A stretch of DNA of 64,000 bases from Longimicrobiales bacterium (GTDB lineage Bacteria > Gemmatimonadota > Gemmatimonadetes > Longimicrobiales > Gaopeijiaceae), in NCBI GenBank assembly GCA_965219445.1, contig CBDCNQ010000005.1, positions 736,001 through 800,000 of the forward strand. The letters run 5' to 3'. The stretch's first letter is position 1. The number at the start of each line of letters is the position of its first letter. Below are positions 41,420 to 50,746 of the stretch, piece by piece. The notes beneath the pieces are model-generated. The model saw only the letters and a list, made by a program, of their open reading frames with translations. It ran no database searches and was not told the origin of the DNA. The position numbers were made by a program, and so were the translations under genes.

Positions 41420-42940
41420 TTGACACTTCTGGTCGGAAAGGAGATCCATTTGGGGTGCGGAGAGCCCACCTCGGGCGTTGTGATCGGTTTAGCGTTCCTG
41501 AGTTCGGCGCTGGCATTCGGAGGACGTGAGGTCCCCGGGACCGCCGGGTCCACCACATCCGCTGCATTGGCCGCGTCTCGTCTGCCATGGATCAGCCACG
41601 ACGCCCAGGCGGTGCCTTATGGCGAGGTCCAGCGTCTTCTGGCCGAGAAGTGTACATCCTGCCACACTGGCATCGACGCGGCACAAGGTCTGCGCCTGGA
41701 TTCCTGGGAGGCACTCTTCGCGGGCTCTGACCACGGCGAGGCGGTCATCCCCTTCGACGCCGCTCGCTCTCTGTTGGTCGAGTTGACGACCAAGCTCGTG
41801 GGCGGTCCGCATCCTGCCGAGGTGGGTGGGGAGACCCTGAACGACACCGAAGTGGCGCTCCTGAGCGAGTGGATCAACGAAGGTGCGCCGTCGGAAGCCG
41901 GGGAGATCCCGTTCGCCGACGCGCGACACCTCCTCTACGCCGCCAATCAGAGTGTAGCTGTGGTGTCCGTGATCGACATGGAGACGAACCAGGTGGTCCG
42001 CACGGTGGATCTTCAGCCGCTGGGATTCCCCGAGAACGCGTGGCCCCACCACTTCGCGGTCGAACCGGATGGCTCTCACTGGTACGTTTCGCTCATCGCC
42101 AGTAACCAGATCCTCAAATTCGACCGAAACAACGAGTTGGTGCAGCGGATCGACTTCGTCCGGCCGGGCCTTCTGGCGCTCGATCCCGACGGCGAAAACC
42201 TCTACGCAGCCCGCTCGATGGCTGCCGTGTCACCGCCGCAGGACATCGGCGTGATTCGCCGATCGGACATGACGTTCGAAGAGGTGGGCATCTTCCTCCC
42301 GAGGCCCCATGCCTTGGCCGTTCGACCAGGTGAGGGCACGGTCTATACAGCCAGCCTGGCGGTCAATCAGATCGCTACGCTTTACCCCGAGGATGAAGCG
42401 GTCGAACTCTATGAGCTGGAGGGCGACCGCCCTCACACATTCATCGGGTTCGCAGTGTCGCCGGACGGACGATGGATGGTGGGAACGACCGAGCTCACGG
42501 CCACGGTGTTCGTGTTCGATCTCGATAAGGAGCCCGACATGAGCCCGGTGGATACGATCGCCGTGAACGCAGCTCCGTGGCATCCGGTCTTCACACCGGA
42601 CGGACGCTGGGTCTACGTGGGCAACAACTGGGACAACACGGTCAACGTAATCAACATGAATACGAGAACCCTCGCCAAGGTCATCGAGGGGAACGGGCTC
42701 GCACAGCCCCACGGAGCCGCCGTATCACCGGATGGACGCTTTGCCTACGTCGCCAGCCGGAATCTCGAGATGCCCGAGGGCCACAGTAAGTATGGCCACA
42801 TGTACACGCCCCGCTACGACCTGGCGGATAACGCGCGCGCGGGCACGGTGGTGGTCATCGACACAGAGAGTCAGGAGATCGTGAAGGTCATCGAGATCGA
42901 GGGGTATGGGGCGGGGCTGGGGGTGGCGGCGGCGAACTGA
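41420..42940 (+). CDS. Planctomycete-type cytochrome c fused to a YVTN/YncE beta-propeller
   Basis: CTSCH...GLRLDS...WINEGA; repeated PDG.W.YV blades. Start may be GTG 41480. Confidence 0.78.
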   Translation: MTLLVGKEIHLGCGEPTSGVVIGLAFLSSALAFGGREVPGTAGSTTSAALAASRLPWISHDAQAVPYGEVQRLLAEKCTSCHTGIDAAQGLRLDSWEALFAGSDHGEAVIPFDAARSLLVELTTKLVGGPHPAEVGGETLNDTEVALLSEWINEGAPSEAGEIPFADARHLLYAANQSVAVVSVIDMETNQVVRTVDLQPLGFPENAWPHHFAVEPDGSHWYVSLIASNQILKFDRNNELVQRIDFVRPGLLALDPDGENLYAARSMAAVSPPQDIGVIRRSDMTFEEVGIFLPRPHALAVRPGEGTVYTASLAVNQIATLYPEDEAVELYELEGDRPHTFIGFAVSPDGRWMVGTTELTATVFVFDLDKEPDMSPVDTIAVNAAPWHPVFTPDGRWVYVGNNWDNTVNVINMNTRTLAKVIEGNGLAQPHGAAVSPDGRFAYVASRNLEMPEGHSKYGHMYTPRYDLADNARAGTVVVIDTESQEIVKVIEIEGYGAGLGVAAAN

Positions 42941-42952
42941 GCCGCCCTCGAG

Positions 42953-44575
42953 CTACGGGAGCGGCCGGAGCGTCACCTCCACGCCCTGCTCCCCCAAACG
43001 GCCCCAGGAGTCACACGGCACGGAGTCGGTCTCGGGAAAGTCGAGGCGTGTGTGCAGCCCCCGGCTCTCCTCTCTCGCGCGAGCCGACATCGCCATGATC
43101 AGGCCGGCGAGCGAAATATTGCGAAGCTCGGCCAGGTCCGAGGACGGCTTGTTCGTCCGGTAAAAGTGCTCCGACCAGTCTCGCATTTCCGCCAACCGGG
43201 AAACGGCGCGATCCAGCCGCCCGCGTGATCGGACCAATCCCATGTAGTCCAGCATGAGGCTGCGTACGGCGTCCCACTCGTGGTCGAGGATCACTCCCTG
43301 GTCGGCCAGCGGCGGGTCCGTTCCCGGGGAGAGTGGTGGGGGCGGTTCGGGTCCCTCGGCGGTCTGCGGCGCGATGGCTCCGGCCCGTTCGGCCAGCACC
43401 GAGGCCTCGAGCAGTGAGTTGGACGCAAGCCGGTTGGCTCCATGGACACCCGTGAACGCCACCTCACCCGACGCGAAGAGGCCGTCGATCTCCGTACGGC
43501 CATCCAGGTCGACGGCGACCCCGCCGCACATGTAGTGCGCCGCAGGAACAACCGGAATGGGGTCCCGACCCGCAACGATTCCGTACGTCTCGAGTCGTGC
43601 CGAGATCACCGGAAACCGCTCCCGAAATTGCTCCTCACCGATGCTGGACGCATCGAGGACGGCGAACTTATCGCCTCGGCGCTTGGTCTCCCGGTCGATC
43701 TCTCGGGCGACCACGTCACGTGGGGCCAGTGAGCCAAGGGGATGGCAGTCGTTCATGAACTCCTCACCGGCAAGGTTTCGGAGGACCGCACCCTCCCCGC
43801 GCACCGCCTCGGAGATCAGGAAGCTCTTCGCGTCGGGATGATGAAGACAGGTCGGGTGGAATTGGACCATTTCCATGTTCACGAGCGAACATCCGGCCCG
43901 AGCCGCCATCGCGACGCCATCGGCAGTGGCGATGTCGGGGTTGGTCGTATACCGGTAGACCTTCCCACAGCCCCCGGTGGAAAGCATCGTCTGTTCCGCA
44001 CGAGCCAACCCGGTGGCTCCGGTCTCCTGGTCGAGGAACGACGCACCATAACACCGGCGGTCTGCGGCATCCGCGCCCACCCAGAGATCGAGCGCGAGGT
44101 GGTGCTCTAGGAGTGTGATTTCCGGGTGCTTCGCCACGGCAGCGAGGAGTGTACTCTCGATCTCCTGCCCCGTGCGATCCTTCGAGTGCACGATTCGTCG
44201 TCGGCTGTGCCCGCCCTCCAGGCCCAGATCCAGTCCGTCGGAATCGTCGGCTGTATGCGCGAACGTCGCTCCCAATTCCGTCAGACTGCGAACGAGAGCG
44301 GGCCCTTCCCGTACCACGACCTCGACCACATCTCGCCGGCACAGACCCGCGCCCGCCTCGAGGGTGTCCGCTACGTGCAGATCGAAGGAGTCCGTGGGAT
44401 CGAGGACCGCCGCGAGCCCACCCTGAGCTCGGTTGGTGGAGGAGTCGCTCTGGAACTTCTTGGTCAGTATGAGGACCGGCCCGAATTGGGCCGCACGGAG
44501 CGCATAGGTCAGGCCAGCCACACCACTACCCAATACGAGTGTGGTGCACTGGTGCGTGACGAGATCTGCGCTCAT
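42953..44575 (-). CDS. nadB: L-aspartate oxidase
   Basis: AQGG, EGGHSRRRIVH, QFHPT, LISEAVRGEG, AHYMCGG, HGANRLASNSLLE. Confidence 0.95.
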   Translation of the reverse strand: MSADLVTHQCTTLVLGSGVAGLTYALRAAQFGPVLILTKKFQSDSSTNRAQGGLAAVLDPTDSFDLHVADTLEAGAGLCRRDVVEVVVREGPALVRSLTELGATFAHTADDSDGLDLGLEGGHSRRRIVHSKDRTGQEIESTLLAAVAKHPEITLLEHHLALDLWVGADAADRRCYGASFLDQETGATGLARAEQTMLSTGGCGKVYRYTTNPDIATADGVAMAARAGCSLVNMEMVQFHPTCLHHPDAKSFLISEAVRGEGAVLRNLAGEEFMNDCHPLGSLAPRDVVAREIDRETKRRGDKFAVLDASSIGEEQFRERFPVISARLETYGIVAGRDPIPVVPAAHYMCGGVAVDLDGRTEIDGLFASGEVAFTGVHGANRLASNSLLEASVLAERAGAIAPQTAEGPEPPPPLSPGTDPPLADQGVILDHEWDAVRSLMLDYMGLVRSRGRLDRAVSRLAEMRDWSEHFYRTNKPSSDLAELRNISLAGLIMAMSARAREESRGLHTRLDFPETDSVPCDSWGRLGEQGVEVTLRPLP

Positions 44576-44733
44576 GATCCTTGTAGGTGACGGGCCTGGG
44601 TGGAAGTGACGAGCATCGGCGGCAGCAACGTGATCGTTGGCAGTAAAACGAGTTTCGGCGGCAGTGTAGACCATCCGGCGCCGGAACGACAGATTGCGGG
44701 TTTCGTTCCAGTCACGGTGCACCGAGGATCCCG

Positions 44734-45234
44734 ATGGCCAAGAAGAGTTCGTTCGATGTCTCCACCGGCGTCGATCTCCAGGAGGTTGACAACGCAGTGA
44801 ATCAAGCTCGCAAGGAAATCGCCACCCGTTACGACTTCAAGGGCACGGACTGCACGGTGGATTTCGACCGGAGCGGCGGGGCGATCAGGCTGGAGGCGGA
44901 TGACGAATATCGCCTGACGGCCGTCCTTCAGGTTGTCCGTGAGAAGCTCTCGCGGCGAGGCGTTCCGGTGAAGAACCTGGATCAAAGCGGCGTTGAGATC
45001 GGATCCTTGGGGCGGGCCCGCCAGACCGTGGGCCTCAAACAGGGGATCGACCAGGAGACCGCCAAGAAGATGGTAAAGGCGGTCAAGGGCCACGGTTTCA
45101 AGAAGGTACAAGTCCAGATTCAAGCGGATGAATTGAGGGTGACGAGCCCCTCCAAGGATGAGCTTCAGCAGGTCATGACGTTCCTCAGAGGAGAGGACTG
45201 GGGGATGGAGCTCCAGTTCGGCAATTACCGATAG
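44734..45234 (+). CDS. yajQ: YajQ-family nucleotide/c-di-GMP-binding protein
   Basis: SFDV, EVDNAVNQ, RYDFKG, LQFGNYR. Confidence 0.93.
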   Translation: MAKKSSFDVSTGVDLQEVDNAVNQARKEIATRYDFKGTDCTVDFDRSGGAIRLEADDEYRLTAVLQVVREKLSRRGVPVKNLDQSGVEIGSLGRARQTVGLKQGIDQETAKKMVKAVKGHGFKKVQVQIQADELRVTSPSKDELQQVMTFLRGEDWGMELQFGNYR

Positions 45235-45323
45235 GGGGCCCGGCAAGCCCGATCCGATCAGCCTGCGTTTTGGCACTTTAAAACGCCCGTGTGTTTGACA
45301 ATCCGTCTTTAGGAGGAGTCAGA

Positions 45324-45827
45324 ATGCTTAGAGGTCAGTATCGTTGGTCGGTTCCGGTGGGCAGCGTTCTCGCCGTCGTTTTCTTCGCCACAGCGGCGGC
45401 TGCGCAGCAAAGAGGTGCACCGACCGCCCCTCCGGGCCCTTCGGCCGCCCAAGCGATGGCGGCGCTCGCGGCCGCCCAAGAGGCAGCGGAGGCGCTGGGA
45501 GTCAGTCTCAGTTGCGCGGTCGTCGATTCCCGCGGAGACATGATCGCGCTGGCCCGCATGGACGGGGCTCGGTTCTACACCACCGACGTCGCGCGCGGCA
45601 AGGCACGCATGTCGGCGCTGTTCGGGCAACCGAGCGGAGACATGGCGGACTTCGGCAACTCTCCCGCGTTCCAGAGCTTCAACGAGACGATCCCGGGGCC
45701 GCTTTATGCGTTCCAGGGCGCCCTACCAATCATGAAAAATGGCGAATTGATCGGCGCTATGGGCTGCAGCGGCGCGGCATCTCAAGTGGATGAAGACGCG
45801 GTGCGCTCCGCGCTTTCCGTTTTCTAG
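45324..45827 (+). CDS. GlcG/HbpS-family heme-binding protein, exported
   Basis: AGGAGG SD; signal peptide; AVVDSRG, RMDGA, KA, IGAMGCSGA..DE. Confidence 0.85.
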   Translation: MLRGQYRWSVPVGSVLAVVFFATAAAAQQRGAPTAPPGPSAAQAMAALAAAQEAAEALGVSLSCAVVDSRGDMIALARMDGARFYTTDVARGKARMSALFGQPSGDMADFGNSPAFQSFNETIPGPLYAFQGALPIMKNGELIGAMGCSGAASQVDEDAVRSALSVF

Positions 45828-45860
45828 GTCACCACGTCGATTCCCTCTGGAGAATAATCG

Positions 45861-46361
45861 ATGAACAGGATCACAAGAATCGCGCGGGCCCTGCTCGCGA
45901 TCCTGCTCGTAGGTGGAGGCCTCGGCGCACCGCTGAGACTCGCGGCGCAGGCCGGCCCACAACGAATCACGCTCAACGAAGCTCAAAGCATCATCGCGGC
46001 TGCTCAAAGAGATGCCGCCAGCAAGAACCTTCGACTCAGCATCGCCGTGGTCGACGGTCGGGGCGACCTGATCGCTGCCGCCCGGATGCCGGATGCGCGC
46101 CCCACGACCATGGACACGGCGATCGGTAAGGCCATGGGCGCCGCGATCTTCGGGCGGCCGAGCGCCGACCTCGCTGCACAATCGACTTCTCCCCTCTATC
46201 AGAATATGAACGAGGCCACAGGCGGCCGGCTGCGATTCTTCCAGGGTGCGGTCCCGATCGTGCGAGACGGTTATACCGTGGGAGCGGTCGGCGCGAGTGG
46301 AGCGTCGGCCCAAGACGACGAGGACAATGTGAAAGCGGCACTCGCGGCAGTGGGGCTGTAG
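45861..46361 (+). CDS. GlcG/HbpS-family heme-binding protein, exported (second copy)
   Basis: Signal peptide; AVVDGRG, FQGAVPI, VGAVGASGA..DE. Confidence 0.85.
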   Translation: MNRITRIARALLAILLVGGGLGAPLRLAAQAGPQRITLNEAQSIIAAAQRDAASKNLRLSIAVVDGRGDLIAAARMPDARPTTMDTAIGKAMGAAIFGRPSADLAAQSTSPLYQNMNEATGGRLRFFQGAVPIVRDGYTVGAVGASGASAQDDEDNVKAALAAVGL

Positions 46362-46454
46362 AGGTTGCAAGGGAGATTCCAGGGGAGGCTCTGCAGGCAG
46401 GAGCACCCCCAATTTGGAGGGAAACATTCGCGTGGTCGGCGGTAATCATTCCCT

Positions 46455-47582
46455 ATGAAGACGAACGTCCCAGTGCGATGGGCGGCCCGGATGGAGGGCC
46501 TCCTGGGCGCCTACGTGCACGTGTTGGTCGGAACCGCGGTCCTCGCCGCCGCCTGTGCCACACTGGCCCTCCTGAGTATTCCGGCGCCCTCCCAGGCTCA
46601 GGAACTGGCGTGGGGGCTCACGGCGATTCCCGGTCTCAAGGTCGGGCACTTTACTCTTAGCGAGCGTCCGACCGGTTGCACCGTGGTGCTGGCCGAGGGT
46701 GGGGCGGTGGGAGGGGTAGACGTCCGCGGCGGCGCCCCCGGCACGAGAGAGATCGCTCTGCTCGATCCGGTGAATACCGTGCAGGTTGTGCACGCGGTCG
46801 TACTCTCGGGCGGGAGCGCCTTCGGATTGGACGCCGCAAGCGGAGTCATGCGGTATCTGGACGAGCGGGACATCGGCTACCGGGTCGGGCCTAACGTCGT
46901 TCCGATCGTGGCCGGCGCGATCCTCTTTGACCTGCCGGTGGGCGACGACCCGCGTGTCCGGCCCGACGCTGAGTGTGGTTATCGTGCGGCGACCGATGCC
47001 AGCAGCGAGACTCCGGCCGAAGGCAACGTCGGTGCCGGTGCCGGGGCCACGGTCGGTAAACTGCGTGGCCGGGCCCGCGCCATGAAGGGCGGTGTCGGAA
47101 CAGCCTCGATCACCGTGGACGACGGACTCACGGTGGCGGCCATCGTCGCGGTCAACGCGGCGGGGGACATCATCGATCCGGCGACCGGGTCGGTCGTCGC
47201 GGGTGTTCGTACGGAGGATGGGCGCGGGCTCGCCGATGCACGCATACTGCTTCGGACAGGAGCGTCGATCGAGCCCCAAAGTGGGGCCAACACGACCATC
47301 GGTGTGGTTGCGACCAACGCCACGCTCACAAAGGCCGAGACCACCAAGGTCGCGCAAATGGCCCAGGATGGCCTGGCACGTACGATCTATCCCGCCCACA
47401 CGGCTGGGGACGGGGACACGGTATTCTCCTTGGCCATGGGCACGTTCTCCGGAGATGAGTCGGTATCGAGGATCGGAGCCTTGGCCGCCGACGTGATGGC
47501 CGAGGCGATCTTGCGTGCCGTGCGCGCCGCTACCGGAATCCCGGGGATCCCCGCCGCAAGCGACATCAGCATGGGCAGGTGA
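46455..47582 (+). CDS. P1/S58 (DmpA-like) self-processing amidohydrolase
   Basis: DVRGGAPGTRE, LSGGSAFGL, GNVGAGAG, NTT, DGDTVF. Confidence 0.9.
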   Translation: MKTNVPVRWAARMEGLLGAYVHVLVGTAVLAAACATLALLSIPAPSQAQELAWGLTAIPGLKVGHFTLSERPTGCTVVLAEGGAVGGVDVRGGAPGTREIALLDPVNTVQVVHAVVLSGGSAFGLDAASGVMRYLDERDIGYRVGPNVVPIVAGAILFDLPVGDDPRVRPDAECGYRAATDASSETPAEGNVGAGAGATVGKLRGRARAMKGGVGTASITVDDGLTVAAIVAVNAAGDIIDPATGSVVAGVRTEDGRGLADARILLRTGASIEPQSGANTTIGVVATNATLTKAETTKVAQMAQDGLARTIYPAHTAGDGDTVFSLAMGTFSGDESVSRIGALAADVMAEAILRAVRAATGIPGIPAASDISMGR

Positions 47583-47607
47583 GCGACCCCTTTCCAAGCC
47601 GTCGCCC

Positions 47608-49014
47608 TTGAATCCGACCCTCTTTCTACTACTCGCATACTCGGCGGGGCTCATCGGCCTCGGCGTGTGGATCGGCCGTCGCGTCGAGAGCAGCGGGGGC
47701 TTCTTCGTGGCCAATCGCCGCCTGAGCGCCGCGCTTCTCTTTTCGACCGTCCTCGCGGCCAACATCGGTGTCGCCAGCACAGTCGGGGCCGCTAGCCTCG
47801 GGTATCGAGACGGGCTCTCGGCCTGGTGGTGGGTGGGGTCGGCCGCGGTGGGTACGATGATCCTGGCCTTTTGGATCGGCCCTAGGATCTGGCGAGTCGC
47901 GACGAAGCATGGGCTCTACACCGTCGGCGACTACTTGGAGCACCGCTACGGTGGGTCGGTACGAGCTGTAGTCACCAGCCTCCTCTGGGTCGCGACCCCC
48001 GCGGCCCTCGCCGCGCAGCTCATCGCCCTGGCCAAGATCCTGGAGTTCGTTGCGGGCGTCCCCGAGTTGGCCGGCGTCCTCACGGGTGCCGTTGTGATGA
48101 CGGTCTATTTCACGGCCGGAGGCCTCCTCACGTCGGCGTGGGTAAACATGGTGCAGCTTGTCGTGATCACCGTGGGATTCGCGATCGCGGTACCCTGGGC
48201 CCTGATCGCCGCTGGTGGCTGGAGCGCTGTGGTGGCCGCGGCCCCTGGGACGAGTGACTACATGAGCTTCTGGCAGGGGGGGAGCTCCGGTTGGGTCTAC
48301 CTGGCACTCGTGGCCCCCAACTTCGTCGTTTCTCCGGGGCTGATCCAAAAAGCCTACGGAGCGGTGGATGAACGAGCGATCCGCGTCGGCTTAGGCGCGA
48401 CCGCGGTGGCACTTCTCGCGTTCGCGATCGGACCCCCGTTGTTCGGCATGATCGCCCGCGTCTACGACCCGAGCCTGGTCGACATCGAACACGCCTTGAT
48501 GGTGGTGTTGACGACAGGGCTCCCGACCATGGTGGGGAGCCTCGGGCTGGCCGCGGTGGTATCAGCGGAAATCAGTTCGGCCGACGCCATCCTCTTCATG
48601 CTGTCCACGTCCCTCTCCAAGGATCTTTACAAGCGATTCGCCCGCCCGAACGCCAGTGACGCTCAGGTGCTGAAGGTGGCGCGAGGGGCCGCCGTCGGGG
48701 GCGGAGCGTTGGGCGTGCTCCTGGCACTCGTTTTGCCTTCCGTCATCGCGGCTATAAGCGTTTTTTACGCCCTGATGGCGGTCTGCCTCTTCGTGCCTCT
48801 GGTGGCGGGTCTCTACACCCGCCTAGCGGGCGTCCCCGAGGCGATGGCCGCCTGCGGCGTCGGCGTGGTCACACTGATCTCCGTCGAGCTCGCCGGCCTC
48901 TCCGACGTGTACCCATTGCTGGACCGTAGCCTGCTCGGACTCCTGGCCTCGGCAGCAGCATTCGGTTTCGTGGCGTTATGGCGGTCTCGGAGAACGGCCC
49001 TGGTGCAACGCTGA
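47608..49014 (+). CDS. Sodium:solute symporter (SSS)
   Basis: FFVANR, YTVGDYLEHRYG, GGL, SAEISSAD; many TM helices. Start probably TTG 47608. Confidence 0.88.
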   Translation: MNPTLFLLLAYSAGLIGLGVWIGRRVESSGGFFVANRRLSAALLFSTVLAANIGVASTVGAASLGYRDGLSAWWWVGSAAVGTMILAFWIGPRIWRVATKHGLYTVGDYLEHRYGGSVRAVVTSLLWVATPAALAAQLIALAKILEFVAGVPELAGVLTGAVVMTVYFTAGGLLTSAWVNMVQLVVITVGFAIAVPWALIAAGGWSAVVAAAPGTSDYMSFWQGGSSGWVYLALVAPNFVVSPGLIQKAYGAVDERAIRVGLGATAVALLAFAIGPPLFGMIARVYDPSLVDIEHALMVVLTTGLPTMVGSLGLAAVVSAEISSADAILFMLSTSLSKDLYKRFARPNASDAQVLKVARGAAVGGGALGVLLALVLPSVIAAISVFYALMAVCLFVPLVAGLYTRLAGVPEAMAACGVGVVTLISVELAGLSDVYPLLDRSLLGLLASAAAFGFVALWRSRRTALVQR

Positions 49015-49026
49015 GTCGGGTCTCCG

Positions 49027-49875
49027 TTATCCCGCGATCCGCTCGGCCCCCGCGTATACGTTGAAGCCGTCCGAGCGAGTGAAGCCGAGCAGGCTCATGT
49101 TGAAGCGCCGCGCCAGATCCACCGCGAGACTCGAGGGGGCCCCCACAGCGACGACGAGCGGTATGCCCGCCGCCAAGGCCTTCTGCATGATTTCGAATGA
49201 AGTCCGTCCCGAGACCGCCAAAACGGCCCTTCCCAACGGGAGCTCCCCGGCCAGAAAAGCCTGACCCACGACCTTGTCGACGGCATTGTGCCGCCCGACA
49301 TCTTCGCAGACCGATACGAGCTCACCGGCCTCGTCGAAGCGGCCCGCCGCGTGGAGGCCACCCGTGCGGTCGAATAGCCCCTGCTGGGCTCGGAGCTTCT
49401 CCGGAAGGCCGCGCAGGATCGCGGGGTCCAGCCTCAGGCCCTCGTCCGGGATCTGCTCGCACCCTCGGACCTCTACCGCCTCCAAAGACGCCTTCCCGCA
49501 CACCCCACAGCTCGAGCTCATGTAGAAATTTCTCGAAAGGGTATCGGGATCGAACGGGGCTCCAGGTCGAAGCCCCACGACGACGATGTTGTAGGTCTGA
49601 GGCCCGTCGGTCTGGCAGTAGCTGATCTCGGTGACATCCTCTCGGCGGCGCACGAGCCCCTCACCATAAAGGAAACCTGCCGCCAGCTCGAAGTCGTCCC
49701 CCGGCGTGCGCATCGTGACCGATACAGCAGAGGTCTCGCGGACGCCGTCCCGGGTGAACTCCACGCGGATCTCCAGCGGCTCCTCGACCGTCACGACGTC
49801 CTGCCGGGTGGTGAACCGGCCGTTGGCCAGGCGAGAGACCTTGACCCGCGACAGACCCTTCCCCGGCGTGATCAC
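49027..49875 (-). CDS. fdhD: Formate dehydrogenase sulfurtransferase FdhD
   Basis: EEPLEI, TMRTPG, SSCGVCGK, TGGLHAA, EDVGRHNAVDK. Confidence 0.93.
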   Translation of the reverse strand: MITPGKGLSRVKVSRLANGRFTTRQDVVTVEEPLEIRVEFTRDGVRETSAVSVTMRTPGDDFELAAGFLYGEGLVRRREDVTEISYCQTDGPQTYNIVVVGLRPGAPFDPDTLSRNFYMSSSCGVCGKASLEAVEVRGCEQIPDEGLRLDPAILRGLPEKLRAQQGLFDRTGGLHAAGRFDEAGELVSVCEDVGRHNAVDKVVGQAFLAGELPLGRAVLAVSGRTSFEIMQKALAAGIPLVVAVGAPSSLAVDLARRFNMSLLGFTRSDGFNVYAGAERIAG

Positions 49876-49877
49876 CG

Positions 49878-50703
49878 TCAGGATTCCTCGGACGCCGCGG
49901 GAACGAAGGCCACGATCCGAAGCGGACCACCACTCCCGCCGCTGATCTTCATAGGTAACGCGACCACGAAGGCACCCTCCTCGGGAAGCTCCTCCAAATT
50001 CGCCACGTTTTCGAACCCGGGGATGTTGGCGCTGTAGAGGGTCACGTGAGCCTCGAACCCGGAAGACTGACCATAGTCGATGCTCGGTGTGTCGATGCCC
50101 ACCGCCGCGACGTTCCGTTGATCGACAATCCAGCGGGCCGCATCCGCATGGATACCGGGGAAGTGGAGCTCGGCGACGGCCTCCGGCCCGGTGCGCTCCG
50201 TTCCCAAGTAGCTGAGCCGGTCCGGCCAGCGGTCTCCCCAACCCGTCCGTAGGAGCAGAATGGCGCCGTCGGGAATGCGACCGTGGGCCTGCTCCCACGC
50301 TTCCAGATCTCCGACCTCGATCAGGTAGTCGGGGGTGGCGCGGACCGATACGTCCACGACCACGGCCGGGGCGATCAGTCGATCGAGTGGGATCTGTTCC
50401 GTGGACATCCCACCCCGAGAGAAATGAATCGGCGCATCGAGATGGGTTCCGCCGTGCTCCGCCGTCGAGATGTTGTAAGCGCTGTAGAAATAGCCCAACT
50501 CGGTCTCGCCGTAAGCAACTTCATCCAGCCGGAATCCGTCAGCCGTAGGCCAAAAAATGGTCTCTTCGGAATAGGGCGTAGGTGAGGTCGATCCAACGTC
50601 CTCCCGAACCATCGAACACGGCCGAGAAATCGGGCTCACCGGAGGAAGCCTGACAACCGGCGAAGATGATCAAGCTCAATGCCCCCACGAGCGATATCCG
50701 CAT
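49878..50703 (-). CDS. Cyclase/kynurenine formamidase-family lipoprotein, +1 frameshift at ~50574-50576
   Basis: FAGC lipobox; WIDLTYA|YSEETIFWP after removing one base; HGGTHLDAPIHF, GIDTPSID, ENVANL. Confidence 0.85.
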
Positions 50704-50746
50704 GACTCCCTTCTCCGACTCGGCCATTGCCATCCTCCCCGGTACG

